Below are positions 12,365 through 25,530 of a stretch of 64,000 nucleotides of DNA, one piece after another; position 1 is the stretch's first letter, and the number at the start of each line of letters is the position of its first letter. The notes under the pieces were generated by a model that worked only from the letters and a program-made list of their open reading frames with translations, did no database searches and was not told the DNA's origin. Both the position numbers and the translations under genes were made by a program. The DNA is from Octopus sinensis (taxonomy: Eukaryota). The stretch covers positions 135,904,001 to 135,968,000 of the forward strand of contig NC_042998.1 of NCBI RefSeq assembly GCF_006345805.1, written 5' to 3'.

Positions 12365-13497
12365 ATGTGGAAAATTGCTGAGTGTTTGTTTGTGGCATTG
12401 TTATCTAACTCCTCCTACATTGTTTTATTAATTTTGATGAAACTTGACACGTGAGTAGAATTCATGTCTGGAAACCTCGTGACATACTTATATTGTTGAA
12501 AAAAGTCAATAATATGGCCCCATGAAGGGACCTTTAAATCTACCTCATACAACTAATTTTTTTTAAACACCCAAGGGAAATAACCCATACCACATACGCA
12601 ATATTTTTTTTATAAAACACTCAAGGGAAATAACCCATTTCATTGCTTATGTTTGATTACTTTGAATATTGATTTTTTTGTGTACAATTTCTAATTTTTG
12701 CAGACAATATCACTTTTTTATTTTATTTGACATGTGAGTAGAACTCATGACTTGAAACCTCATGACATACTTAGATTGTTGAAAAAATCTATAATAGGGC
12801 CCATCCAATGTATCCTCCTATCTACTACATATTACTAATATTTTATTTAAACAAACCAAGGGAAATAACCCATACCACCTGCAGTATTTAGCAAAGCGAT
12901 CAATATTTGATTCTCACAATTACTCGACCTAATTCTGCATTTCACTACTCAGAATTTTGAACTGCTAAACATTATTATTGCACTTCCTTAATTTGAATCT
13001 TAAAGCTTAAAAACTTCATTCATACATTTCTATACATACATACTTTTTTGAATGCCCATTACTCTGATAATTCTGCATTTTTATAGTTACACTCTCTCCA
13101 TGACAGTAGATAAATTTTTTTTTCCACAACGTATTTGTAGTAGCTTCATGCAGGCATAGTGTGGATTCGATCCTCAATTGCCAAATTTCACTTAACACTT
13201 CAACAGCGCTTTTCTCACTGTAAAACAATAGTTTTTCTGTGAATAACAACCTCTCTAGCCAACATCCGACAACCTCTCTTGCCAACCTTTGAGAATATTT
13301 TTTACCAACCTCCATAAACCTCTCTCGCCAGCCTCCAACAATTTCTCCCCTCCTCTAGCTGACAGATTTTGTACTTTTTTGTGATGGATAATACACCTTT
13401 TGTTGCAGTTATAATGAAATTGCTTTCTTATATCAGAGTAATAAGACATTTCAATAGAACATCTTTACCCCCGGGAATTACCAGGTACACCAGCTAG
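12365..13497 (+). mobile_element. Non-autonomous Helitron (5' end at ~11510, split by the RTE insertion)
   Basis: 3' imperfect hairpin (acccccgggaattaccaggt) then CTAG|T at 13494-13498. 5' region has tgtttgtttg and ttttgatgaaacttgacac. Internal ~280-bp-period duplication (12447 vs 12728). Confidence 0.65.
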
Positions 13498-14959
13498 TAT
13501 ATATATATACAAATTAATCAGCAGAAGTCACAGAGTGATTCAAGATCTGGCAATTTCATGCACTGGCACTTATCAAACATGTTTCAAATTATGGGGATTA
13601 CATTTATGTAGACCAAATACATTGATAAATATAATTCTCTCTGGATTGTTCTAGAATTATATAAACAATTACAAGGTCACATGAATAATGCATATATTTT
13701 CAAAAGAAATATAATAATTAATGTCAAAATTTGATATTTCAGCAGCTAATTAATTCATAAATAAGTAAGCATGACTATGTGGTTAACAAATTCATTTTGC
13801 AATCACATGGATTTAGGTTCAATCCTACTGCATGGCAACTTGGGCAAATGTCTTCTACTAAAGCTCTGGACTGACCAAAGCCTTGAGAATGAATTTGGTT
13901 AAGGGAAACTTAAAAAGAAATCCATTGCATGAGTGCATATATATGTATGTGTGTATGTGTGAGAGCATGTGGCAGAGTGGTTGAAATGTTGCACTCACAA
14001 ACAGAAGATCATGGTTTCAATTCACAAATTGGTAGTGCATTACGTTTTTAAGCAAAACACTTCATAGCATGTAGCTTCAGTCCACTCAGCTGTAAATTGG
14101 TGATCCTGTGCTGGACTGGCATCACCATCAGAGCCAAAAACTTTGAAGATACCAGAAAAGAAAAGAAAGAAATGAAATGACAGAGGAGAAAGGCTTGACA
14201 AAATCAACCTCATTCTCCACCTACATTACCATGCAGTCAATGCCATTGACTCTTCTATGCAAGGATTGGTCTAGAGTCATCAATACCATCACCATAAAGG
14301 AAGCGTTCAGCAAAGAAGAAACTAGATTCTCAGATAGACAATGCTGCTGCTGCTGCTGCTGATGTATATATGTATAAGTATTTGAGTATATAACTGACCA
14401 AAAACCCTTAAAGGTAGTGCTCTAGTATGGCCACATCCCAGTGACTGTAACCAATAAAAGATTTGTTTAAATAATTGCTAAATATTTTTAAATATCTTTT
14501 CACCAAAGGAGACCACCACCAGTTGCAATGGATACTTTTATATGTGAGCTGATAATTATCCCACCCTTATATTAAACTCGTTCAGACAAACTGTAAGAGT
14601 ATATAGAAACTGAATCTGGTGTAAACAACATAGTTAGTGTACAAGAAGTGTGATGACATTTCAGGCTGTCAAGTTACTCCACTTAGTTTTGGCATGCCAA
14701 GTGTATTATTACATATATAACATCTACTTTATATGTAAACATAAATATTTGCAGCAATAGATGAGAAAATAGAGCTGTTGAGATCTTCTATGTAAAGACA
14801 CTAGTGTTTATAGAGATATAAAGTTACTGATGGAGCTATATACTGCAGCTTTTGTTGTTGTTGTTGTTATTTAGCCCAGGTTAATCTGTCCAACATATTC
14901 TATGTTTTGTCATGGTAGGGTATGACATAAGAGAATTTGATTGCTACTTCTAGCAGTTC

Positions 14960-15363
14960 ATGTACATATTTATCTCTTATCCTTTTCTCGTTCCAGTCAT
15001 TAGGCTGTGGCCATGCTGGGGCACCACCTTGAAGAATTCTTAGCTGAATTAATTGACCCCCCAGCCCTATTTTTTTGTGAAGCCCAGTACTTATTTTACC
15101 CCCTTTTTGCCAAAAGGCAAAGTTACAGGGACATAAACACACCAACACTGGTTGTGAAGTGGTGATGGGGGACATACATGAACACACACACACATACATA
15201 AGACAGGCTTTTTAAATTTCTGTCTACCAAATCCACTTACAAGGTTTTGGTCAGCCTGAGGCTATAGTAGAAGATGCTTGCCCAAGGTGTCATACAGTGA
15301 GACTGAACCCAAAACTGTGTGGTTGGGAAGCAAATTTCTTACCACATAGCCACAACTGTGCCT
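14960..15363 (-). mobile_element. Near full-length tRNA-SINE
   Basis: Reverse-complemented head, (CA)n, core and gataaaag-type tail of the main SINE family. Confidence 0.8.
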
Positions 15364-15679
15364 ATGATATCATCATCCTCATCATCATCATCTTAATGTC
15401 CACTTTTCCAGGTTTGTAAAGGCTGGCCAGTGCTCAGGTGCACTACAGCTTATCAGGAAAGTGTAGAAGGGAGAGAAAGCAGCAACAAGTTAAATAAAAA
15501 AAGACACTGATGAAAGCGATAAGTACATGTAAGGTACTCAGGATAAAACATAAAAATGACAGGAACGTGAATAAAAGTAGAGAGAGTGTCACAGATAATT
15601 TATTCTATATTTCAACAGTTCTCAAAGTGAAACAATACTTCTGAAAGTCATGGATGTTGTGTTGTTTTTTTTTCCTTTT

Positions 15680-17638
15680 ATTTTAGTTATACATCCAACT
15701 AAGAACAGTGCTATTCAGATGTTTCTGATATCCCTTTTTTATCATACCTAGAGCACCTACAATAACAGGTACAGTTCTTATTTTAAGATGCCACATCTTT
15801 TGTATTTCAATTTCCAGGTCCTTACATTTACTTAGTTTGTCAAATTCCTTGACAGATATATTTTTATCAATGGGAACACTTACATCTATTAGTCTACAAA
15901 TATTTTTTTCTCAGTCTTTAATAATTATGTCTGGTCAATTAGCCTGGATTGTTCTGTCAGTGTTGACTGGAAAATCCCAGAGGATAGTAACACTTTTACT
16001 TTCAACAACTGGCTCAGGATGATGTTCAAACAAGTAAGCAAGACTGCTGATTTTGTAGTGTTTAAATATTTTCTGCTATAAATACTATCCTACCCTATTG
16101 TAGCTAGTTTTGTATTTGCTTGGTGTCAGCACAGGACATCCCGAGATGAGATGGTCTATTGCTTCAGCAAACGTGTCACAGAATCTGCCTTTAGGGTCAG
16201 AACCATTTTGAAGAACATTAGCCTGGTAGTTTTTCATGAGCAAGCTTTGATCTTGTGCCACCAATATGAAACCTTCAGTCTCTGCTTTCAATCCTGAACT
16301 TCTCAGCCACTGATGGGTTGTTGGTTGATCTACATCAGCATTTCGACTTTGGAGTATATACTGTCCATGCAGAGGCTTCTGGCTCCTCCACTCCTCAATT
16401 TGTTTCTGCCAATTCTTTTTTTGCAGTCTGCTTGATCCATTTTGTTTGTTTTGTGGCAGTGGTTTCAGGTTCTTCAAATATTTCAGGATTAATGCCAAGT
16501 TTCCTTGCAAATTTACAAGCTTCCTTGACAATGGAATATGATTTTTTGCTGCTTTCATGTTTGCACGCAAGTCACAACATCCAGTCCTCTATATTGGATA
16601 AGTACCTGTTCATTACTATTGTGGAGGTCTTATAGCACAGTTCTACCTGCATCATTCCTCTTCCCCCTTTACTTCTAGATCATTACAGATGATTAACATC
16701 TGCTTTTGGGTGGTGAATGTCCTTAGAAGTGAGTAATTTTCTTGTCTTCCTGTCCAGGCAATTGAGCTCTGTAAGATTTCAGTTAATGATGTAAAAATTA
16801 TATTGGATTACTGGAAGTACCAGTGTGTTAATGGCTTCGATGCGATTTTTAGAGTTGAGTTCAGTTTTTAATATGAGTCTTATTCTCCTGCAATATTCCT
16901 TTCTTATTTTTTCCTTCATAGTAGCATGTTGTATACCATCTCCTTTGTTTATATCCAGGTATTTGTAATTTTCTTGTGGGTCAAGCTCCTTGGTGGTAGT
17001 GTCAGTATCTAATCTAATGGGAGCTGTTTGTCTGAGCTTGCATCTTACAAAAGTTGCTTTAGTACACTTATCAAGGCCAAAGTCCATTCTGATGTCATTA
17101 CTGAATTCTTCAACAGTTGTTAGCAGCCCTGCTAGCTCTTTGTCATTTCTAGCAAACAGCTTCAAATCGTCCATATAAAACAGATGGTTTATTATTGTAT
17201 TATAAGCTTTGAACCCATACCTGGTACTATTTAGTTCATTTGAGAGAGAGATCAGTGCCATGCAAAAGAGTAAGGGGGGAGAGAGAGTCACCTTGAAAGA
17301 TGTCTCTGTTGATGTTGTTAGTTTGGCTCATCCCATTACTATGGTTCAGGAGGTATGCGTTCCACTTGGCCATGCTACCTTGTAAGTATTTGGAGATGGC
17401 AGGAGAGATCTTATCTATCTCAAGGGCCTTGAGTAGCTAATTATGTGGGACACTATCAAATGCTTTCCTGTAATCTATCTCTGCCATACTCAGGTGCTTT
17501 TTTTTTTACTCCAGCAAATCTCTACACTCATTTTACTTATGAATAATTGATCATTGCACCAATAAGAATTCCTTTTACAGCCTTTTTGAGCTTGTGGAAG
17601 GATAGATCTCTGTTCAAGGAAAGCTTATTTTCTGTCAA
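15680..17638 (-). mobile_element. R4/Dong-clade LINE, 5'-truncated and decayed (RT, CCHC finger, RLE)
   Basis: QKGCKR..CNDQL, DYRKAFDSVPH, FQGD.LSP.LFC, HLFYMDDLKLFA, YKYL, LKAETEGFILVAQDQSL, RFC...EAIDHLISGC, ILWDFPVNTD...PDIIIKD..IDV. The 5' end abuts (ATT)n. Confidence 0.92.
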
Positions 17639-18561
17639 TTATTATTATTATCATTATTTAATGCTGTTGCACCTCCTTTAATGTTATTGTATGTGAGCTC
17701 TTGTGGCTAATAAAAGAATTTATTATTATTATTATTATTACTATTGTAAGAGCCAACATTATTAACACAAGTGCACAGAGTACATATGGTATTAAAGAGA
17801 AGGTGACTAGATATGAAGAGAGAAGAAGAATGAACAGTAAGCAGAATATCAGAAGGAAATTTAAGAATGGAATCAAGTATGCTGAGAAAACATAAATGAA
17901 GAAGAATTACTTAATTAGAGAAATGTTCAAACTAAAAGAGATGATTTGTTGCTCTTATGACATACCAGAACACTCTTTTACAACCGTCAGACTGCAGCCA
18001 TGCCTGAGTAACAGCTTGAAAGATTTAGTTGACAGACAGATGGATGGATGGATAAATAGATAGTCACGTGTATTAGTATATGTATAGGCTGGTTTGTGTC
18101 CATAGTCTTGACATTGGCTGTCCACTGTGTAATTAATGTCATCATATACATGGTGTGATTGTTTACATCTGTTGTGGAAACATATCTGCCATTGACTTGT
18201 TTGTCATTCAAAAGAACAGGAGGAAATAGTGTCTAAATTGGAAACTAGTGGGTGTTAGCAACAAAAAGGTCATACAGCCATAGGAAAATTATTTCAATAA
18301 GTCTAATCTCATCTGGAAACATAAACTTTAAAACACTGAAAATGATGATGATTATGATGGAGCGTAATTTCATGAGGGGTATGGGTTACAGAAGGGTTAG
18401 GCAACTCAATTGTACAGAGATAGATAACTGAACATTTGACAAGGACTTATAAAATAAATTTAGAATGTATCTCAAATACTTATTTTAAGATACGAAAGGT
18501 TAAGTTGATTTTGACAGAGTTATAAATTCAGAAAATGTACGCAATCAAACAACTATTAATT

Positions 18562-19028
18562 CATCATCATCATCATCATCGTTTAACGTCCGCTTTCCAT
18601 GCTAGCATGGGTTGGACGGTTCAACTGGGGTCTGGCAAGCCCGAAGGCTGCACCAGGCCAGTCAGATCTGGCAGTGTTTCTACAGCTGGATGCCCTTCCT
18701 AACGCCAACCACTCCGAGAGTGTAGTGGGTGATTTTATGTGCCACCGACACAGGTGCCAGACGAGGCTGGCTGACGGCCACGCTCGGATGGTGTTTTCTT
18801 ATGTGTCACCGACACAGGTGCCAGACGGGGCTGGCGGACGGCCACGCTCGGATGGTGTTTGTTACGTGCCCTCAGCACGGAGGCCAGTCGTTGCGGTACT
18901 GGCTACGATCACGTTCGGATGGTTTTCTTATGTGCCACCGGCACTGGTACCACAAGGATACAAATTCCATTGATGTTCATCTATTTTGATTTGGTTCGAT
19001 TTGATTTGATTTGATTCGATTCGATTTG
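18562..19028 (-). mobile_element. Young RTE-LINE 3' UTR copy with tandem ~60-bp subrepeats
   Basis: (CAT)n tail at 18562, CpG-rich and little decayed, with four tgtgccaccg(a/g)cac-type subrepeats. Confidence 0.8.
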
Positions 19029-19184
19029 TACATAATAATAAGTGACACCTAGCAGTTGACCTGGCATTCCATCTTTCATTGATTTGTTCTAAAAGAACGC
19101 AATAGTACAATGGATCTAACTGATTTTAATGATTATAATGATGATGATGATGATGATGATGTAATTTAAACCCAAGTCAGCTCC
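18943..19184. repeat. Arm 1 (donor) of a perfect 242-bp inverted repeat
   Basis: Exact reverse complement of 20735-20976, including microsatellite lengths. Confidence 0.95.
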
Positions 19185-19347
19185 GTCTAAGCAAAGCAAA
19201 TGAATGGCTACGTAAGGAGGTTGCTTTGCAACTACATGACTTCAGATTCGATTTCACTGTATGGTACCCAAGGTAAGTGTCACCTAGCATAGTTTTGGGA
19301 CAACAAAGGCTTTGTAAATGAATTTGGCAGGCAGAAACTGTAGGAAG

Positions 19348-19392
<45 letters not shown>

Positions 19393-20212
19393 TGTGTGTG
19401 TGCATCTGTGTGTGGATGCATGCATGTACATGTGCATGCATGAATGTTTACAACCAAAGGCTGTTTACATTCCTTGTTGAAATTATGGCTGCTTGCTTTT
19501 TGCTTTCTAAGGCTTGTGGAATAAAAAAAATCTCTCACTTGAAAAAGCAGTATGGGTTGAGGACAGGAAGAGCATCCAGCTGTAAAATTTGCCTTAAAAA
19601 AAGTCTCCACTCAATCTATACTTGCATAGAAAAATGTGAAAGTAAATAACACTGACAAGACTTGCACTGTTGTGCAAATGAGCTCTGTTCAAATTTACAT
19701 ACACCATAGACAGCTATAAAGTACTATTCTCTCTGTGGACAAGAAGAAGTATGTGATCTCTGATATGGTATCAATAAATGCTGAAGCTAGTTAGATCAAC
19801 CACTTTTCTAATCCCAGAGAAAAAATTCTTGTGCTTTTATTATATCTGCCTTTGCACAACAAGACTGTTTGCTAAAACCACATACTTGTCAGTTTACTTT
19901 AAATTTCTACACATACACACATGCATATATATTTGAAAAAGATTTTTTTTTTTAAACTACAAATCATTAATCATATCAAAAAATCTTTAGAAAGTGTAGA
20001 GTAACATGAACCTGATGGAAGGAAGTGTTTGTGTAAGTGCTTTGCAGTGCTTTGTAAATATATGTAATGAGAGAATGTGTGTGAGAGAGAAGAGTCATGG
20101 GCACAGAAACAGACATCATGATACATAAGAACAAATGAAAGAGTAAATAAAAGAAGAAAAGGTCAGAGTATCAGTGCAAAGACACCTACAACATAAGTAA
20201 AATAGTACTTAC

Positions 20213-20369
20213 CTCCATCAGTTAATGTGTCTGTAAAAGGTTCAGCATATGTTATAGGTATAGAAATCCTAGAAGCAGAGTTTTTGTCAGATTGGCTATC
20301 ATCTGTTAATACTTTATCATTTTGGCTTGCAGAATTTTCTTCACTTTCACTGTCAGAGGAGGTCGTCAA
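20213..20369 (-). CDS. Internal coding exon (157 nt, phase 0 to 1) of an unidentified host gene; Ser/Asp-rich low-complexity peptide
   Basis: Minus-strand acceptor atatttttcag| and donor GAG|gtaagta. Open frame LTTSSDSESEENSASQNDKVLTDDSQSDKNSASRISIPITYAEPFTDTLTDG in non-repetitive DNA. Confidence 0.75.
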
Positions 20370-20715
20370 CTGAAAAATATAGCACACATTGGTCAAGATT
20401 CTTTTAACATTTATTCCATCTGCACAATGTAAACAAAATTAGGTCTATATAATTTATTTATCATCATGGGTTGGATATTTGCTAGGATTCAATGAGTCAG
20501 AGAACTGTGTTGCACTCTAACATCCATTTTGATATGGGTTCTATGGATGGCTTCCCTTCCTAATGCCATCCACTTTACAATGTGTACTGAATGCTTTATT
20601 CATGGCATCAGAAGTAATGAGATTGCATTCAATTTATTTGTCTCAAAATCTTTGCACTCTGAAACACAACAGAAAGGCTGTATTACTTACCATAACTCTG
20701 AGTGTGTGTGTGTGT

Positions 20716-21260
20716 GTGGCTTAGTAGTGGTTAAGGAGCTGACTTGGGTTTAAATTACATCATCATCATCATCATCATCATTATAATCATTAAAATCAGT
20801 TAGATCCATTGTACTATTGCGTTCTTTTAGAACAAATCAATGAAAGATGGAATGCCAGGTCAACTGCTAGGTGTCACTTATTATTATGTACAAATCGAAT
20901 CGAATCAAATCAAATCAAATCGAACCAAATCAAAATAGATGAACATCAATGGAATTTGTATCCTTGTGGTACCAGTCATAAGGTCATGAGTTCAATTCTC
21001 GGTGATGCATTGTGTCCTTGAGCAAGACACTTCATTTCACGTTGCTCCAGCCCACTCAACTAGCGAAAATGAGTCGTACCTGTATTTCAAAGGGCCAGCC
21101 TTGTCACACTCTGAGTCATGCTGAATCTCCTCGAGAACTATGTTAGGGATACACATGTTTGTGGAGTGCTCAGCCACTTGCTCGTTAATTTCACAAGCAG
21201 GCTGTTGTGTTGACCAGATCAGCTAGAACCCACATCATCGTAACTGACAGAGTACCAGTT
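20716..21260 (+). mobile_element. tRNA-SINE (second family) interrupted by the 242-bp insertion
   Basis: Head gtggcttagtagtggtta, then the insert, then cataaggtcatgagttcaattctc...cttgagcaagacacttc. An uninterrupted relative lies at 60268-60580. Confidence 0.8.
20735..20976. repeat. Arm 2 (inserted copy) of the perfect 242-bp inverted repeat
   Basis: Exact reverse complement of 18943-19184; splits a SINE head. Confidence 0.95.
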
Positions 21261-21273
21261 TTATATATATATA

Positions 21274-21307
<34 letters not shown>

Positions 21308-23299
21308 GGGGAGTGGGGGTGAAGGCATGTGGTTTATTGGTTAGAGCATTGCACTCACTAACCCAGACCGGTGATACATTGCGTTCTTGAGCAGAACACT
21401 TCATTTCATGTTACTTCAGTCACTCAGTTCACTCAACTATAAAATGCTATCCTGTTAAGAGGGAATGTTGGCCTGCCTGTCTGCCTAGCCAATGAGGTGG
21501 CATCATTCAAAAATTACAACAATATGAAATAGCATCTTGTGACCAGTGGTATATCACAACATCTGATATCACTGATATATAATCATCATAATCATGATTT
21601 AGCATCTGTAATCCATGGATGGTTTGACAGGATCTGACAGGTCAGAGGAATAAAAGAAACCATTTTTCCTTTAGGAGAAAAACCTTGCCATGAATTTTGT
21701 CAGCTGTTTTTTGCCAATAAAGCCTCCTCAGTCTCTAGCTCAGGGATTGCAACTTTACAATTATTCTATCTCAGCCAATCCCTAAAGGCATGGAAAATGA
21801 ATCAAGTACAAAAGAAGAAAATTTCCTAAATTTCACAACCTTCTTACTTTCAAAATGCTCTTTAATTTCATTTCATTTGTTAAAATAACCTACTGCCTTC
21901 TGAATCTAGTCAACTCTGATTTGTAAAAGTTAAGTTAGCATTAACATATTTCATGCAGGAAGTATTTATTAGAAAGTTAAGAAGAAATGATTGTGTGGTG
22001 AGGGAAAACACAATACTAGTCAATAACTGATGTCATTTCAGTGAGTACAAGTATGGGGAATAACTCAAGATATGGTTAAATCTCATTAATGACCTCATCA
22101 GCCAAAATAATATTAGAACACTCACTCATGAAAACACAATATTTAACACTGGCCAGTATGGAAAAATAAGAACATTATCATCATCATTTAACATCCATTG
22201 TCCATGCTGGCATGGGTTGGATGGTGTGACCAGAGCTAGTAAGCAGAGGGAGTGGTGCTGCACCTGACTCCAGTATGATTTAGCATGGTTTCTACAGTTG
22301 GATGCCCTTCCTAATGCCAACCACTTTACAGAGCAGAAAACACTGAGAGGATAAAATACTTTCAAGGCACTGCAACCAAGATGTGTTGCACCATGATATG
22401 CCAAAAATCTCTGCCCCCTATTAGCTTTTTAAAGTACTCAATTTCATGTTGTGTGCTTCTCCTAATAATTAATAGTTGAGGGGTTTTTTTGTCTTCTGCA
22501 AGGGTATAGAAGTTTCTGAAATATAACATCTGGTATGACCTGGTTTTCCAGCATGATAGCAGTGGTTAGTAAACCCTGCCTTGCACTGAACGACAATACC
22601 AAAGAAGAGTGGAAAGTACCCATAAATATACTTTTTGACCTTGTGCTAATAAAACATACAAGAGAAGCTATTCATATTATTTATTTTTCATAAAACAATT
22701 TTACTAAACTATATTTTCTAAATGTCATTTCTTAGACATTAGTATCTTAAGTGTTAGTTGTCTTAAATTCTCATTGCCTCTTAAATACCAGCTGTCATAA
22801 ATACTAATTGTCTTAGACTCAACAATATAAATTTTTTTTTATAGTTTATTAAGAGGAGGCAAAATACTGATGACTTTTACAGGCCCTCTAAAACTTGTTG
22901 GAGAAAATGAGGAAGGAACCTCAAATCTGATCTGAGAGCTTGCAAAAGAAGGTTTCTTGTTAAATATGCACAAGGGCCAGGGACTGGTATTAAACTCAGT
23001 GAGAGATTAATTCTACTACTTGAATTACTTAAGCTTCATTTGGAATAAGAATACATTTTGCTACATACACAGTTATTACTTTGTGTATATGTACATGAAA
23101 GAGTTTATGCATAGGTGTGTGTGTGTAAGTATGTTGTTGTTTATCAGGCTAGTTCGGTCTTTAATCAAGCAAACATTCCAAAAAACATGGTTTCAGGTTC
23201 AGTCCTGCTGCATGACACTTTGAAGCAAGTTACTATCACTCCAAGCCAAACAAAGCATTGTGAGTAGATTTGGTTGGCACCAATATCATTCTATGTTAT

Positions 23300-24210
23300 T
23301 TTAAATAAGAGATATCTTATTGCATTTTGCTTGTTTTAGTCAATTTTAGATTATATATAAGTTTATAGGTGAAAATATTGTTTAAATGCTTTCTATAATT
23401 CAAGTTTATTTAATAGCTATAGTTCTACAATGTCGTGGGCATTTTAACATCTGAAATTTAAATGACATGTTATTCAATTTGTTTACAATTATATTGTTTT
23501 AAATGTGTTATCATGTTTAAGTATTTTAGTGAGTTATTTTCATTATGACTTGGATGTTTTAATCATTTTTATATTATATTATACTATGTATATGTTTTTA
23601 GATGAAATATTTATTTAAATTTATTTTCTGTAATTAAGGTTTATAAATGTTGAGAAATAAAAGGTTATACCCATATCATGCTTTTTTAAGATGGTTGGGG
23701 CCCGAATAGATAAACTGATATGTTATTCTGCTAGTTTATATGTGTTTGTTTTACTTATGTTTTTGTGTCTGAAATATATGTTATAGAGTGTGGAGCAGCA
23801 ATGTCAATTGGTCTATGTTCTTTAATTTCTCTATGTTGGTTATCCCTTAGGTTATTGTTTTCTGTTTCATGTATTAGTAATCTGAGCTTTCAATTAGGTT
23901 TAATAAATTTGCTCAATATGTTTAGTTCACTAGTGTGTTAGCAATGTCTTTATGAAAGTATTTTTAATGATATTTTATATGCAGTAATTCTATTTTCTGT
24001 GTTTTATAGCTGTAACTTTGGTATATTTTAGAGATTTGGTGCTTGCATTTGTAATAAGCAGGTGTAGAGCTAATGGACATATTATGCAAACATTTGCTTC
24101 TGCTTCTTGTCTATTAATTCCCAGGCAGCTTTTATGTTTTTAACGCTCTTGACATTGCCAGTGCTGAAACCATAATGATGTCTGTTAGGCAACTGATGAT
24201 GGGAAAACAT
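23300..24210 (-). mobile_element. Highly decayed retroelement-like coding remnant with a PHD-finger-like motif
   Basis: Minus strand 24075-24172 reads WFQHWQCQER*KHKSCLGINRQEAEANVCIICP, resembling the PHD consensus WxQCxxCxxWxHxxCxGI...CxxC. Strong A skew on the minus strand. Confidence 0.35.
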
Positions 24211-24431
24211 TTGATGTACTTGTTGCCTGTAAATCTTTTGTATCTTGTGGTCTCATTGTTGTACTTGTTGATGTACTTGTTGCCTGTAAATCTTTTGTAT
24301 CTTGTGGTCTCATTGTTGTACTTGTTGATGTACTTGTTGCCTGTAAATCTTTTGTATCTTGTGGTTTCATTGTTGTACTTGTTGATGTACTTGTTGCTTG
24401 TAAATCTTTTGTATCTTGTGGTCTCATTGTT
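24210..24431. repeat. 57-bp minisatellite, ~4 near-identical copies
   Basis: Unit ttgatgtacttgttgcctgtaaatcttttgtatcttgtggtctcattgttgtacttg; encodes (TMRPQDTKDLQATSTSTST)n on the minus strand. Confidence 0.95.
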
Positions 24432-25389
24432 CTAAGGTGTCTTTTATTCTAGCAGAGCTGAACTTGTTAAAGAGTTATTGATTTATTGGTTTATGGTGCT
24501 TTGTTGTTTATATCATACCATACATAAATATTGCATGATTGTCTCTCATCAAGATTCTAATTCTGGTAAGGGCCACATTTGCTTCAGAGTTTTTAGTTAA
24601 GATAGTGAGGATTTGTTGCACACACACACACGTGTGTGTGTATGCTTGCATGCATGGGTGTGAGTGTGTGGAAGTTCAAGTGTGCATGTATACGTGTTTC
24701 TGTCTCCTTGACTTGACATCATGAAAATAGTAGTAAACACATATCACCATCATACAAGCAGCCTTTCATTTCCAATCTTCTGTGAAAACATGTTCAGCCA
24801 CAGAGAAATATTACCTTGCTTTGAAACAAGTAAGTTTAGCAACAGGAAGAGCATCCAACATCAACAAATTTTGCCGAACCCATGCAAACATGGAAAAGTG
24901 GACATTAAAAACAATAATGATGATAAACAACAGTTATTTCTGTGAAAATGTATTACTATTTGAGTAAATATAGATTAGTAACAATCAAGTTCTATAAACA
25001 ACAAAACAACAGAGGGCAAGTTCTGAAACTGCAAAAGATCTTCCAAGAAGAATCCATCTAATTAGGTGTTCTTTAGTCTGGAAATGGTTAAAGAAGAAAT
25101 CAGCCAACACATTCCATGACAATAATATATGGCATCAGTTAGATCTGCAGTCGGATGTGTAATTCATTGATTTTTCTGCAAGTCCTTGTTATCTCAGGCT
25201 ATGTCTAATTATCTCATTCTATGAGATTCTCTGCTCCAATTAATCATTCACTAGTTTGTAGCATTTTATCACCCATCATGCTTCATTCTTATTATATATT
25301 TAAACTAACAACAACTATGGGAGAGAGAGAGAGAGGTGGGAAGGGAAGGAAAGAGAGATAGCAGGAGTCAAAATGAGACTGAGAAGAAC

Positions 25390-25530
25390 AGAGTGAAAAT
25401 AAAGGGAGGAAAAGAGGAAAGAGAGAAGGAAAAAAGAGTGAAAATAAAGGGAGGAAAAGAGGAAAGAGAGAAGGAAACAAGAGTGAAAATAAAGGGAGGA
25501 AAAGAAGAGGAAACAAGAGAGAAGGAAAAA
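25390..25530. repeat. 45-bp purine-rich minisatellite x3
   Basis: agagtgaaaataaagggaggaaaagaggaaagagagaaggaaa repeated three times. Confidence 0.9.

Noticed and set aside
19185-20734. Possible inversion of the spacer between the 242-bp arms
   Set aside because: The SINE halves on either side of the right arm are collinear and in the same orientation, so this is an insertion rather than an inversion.
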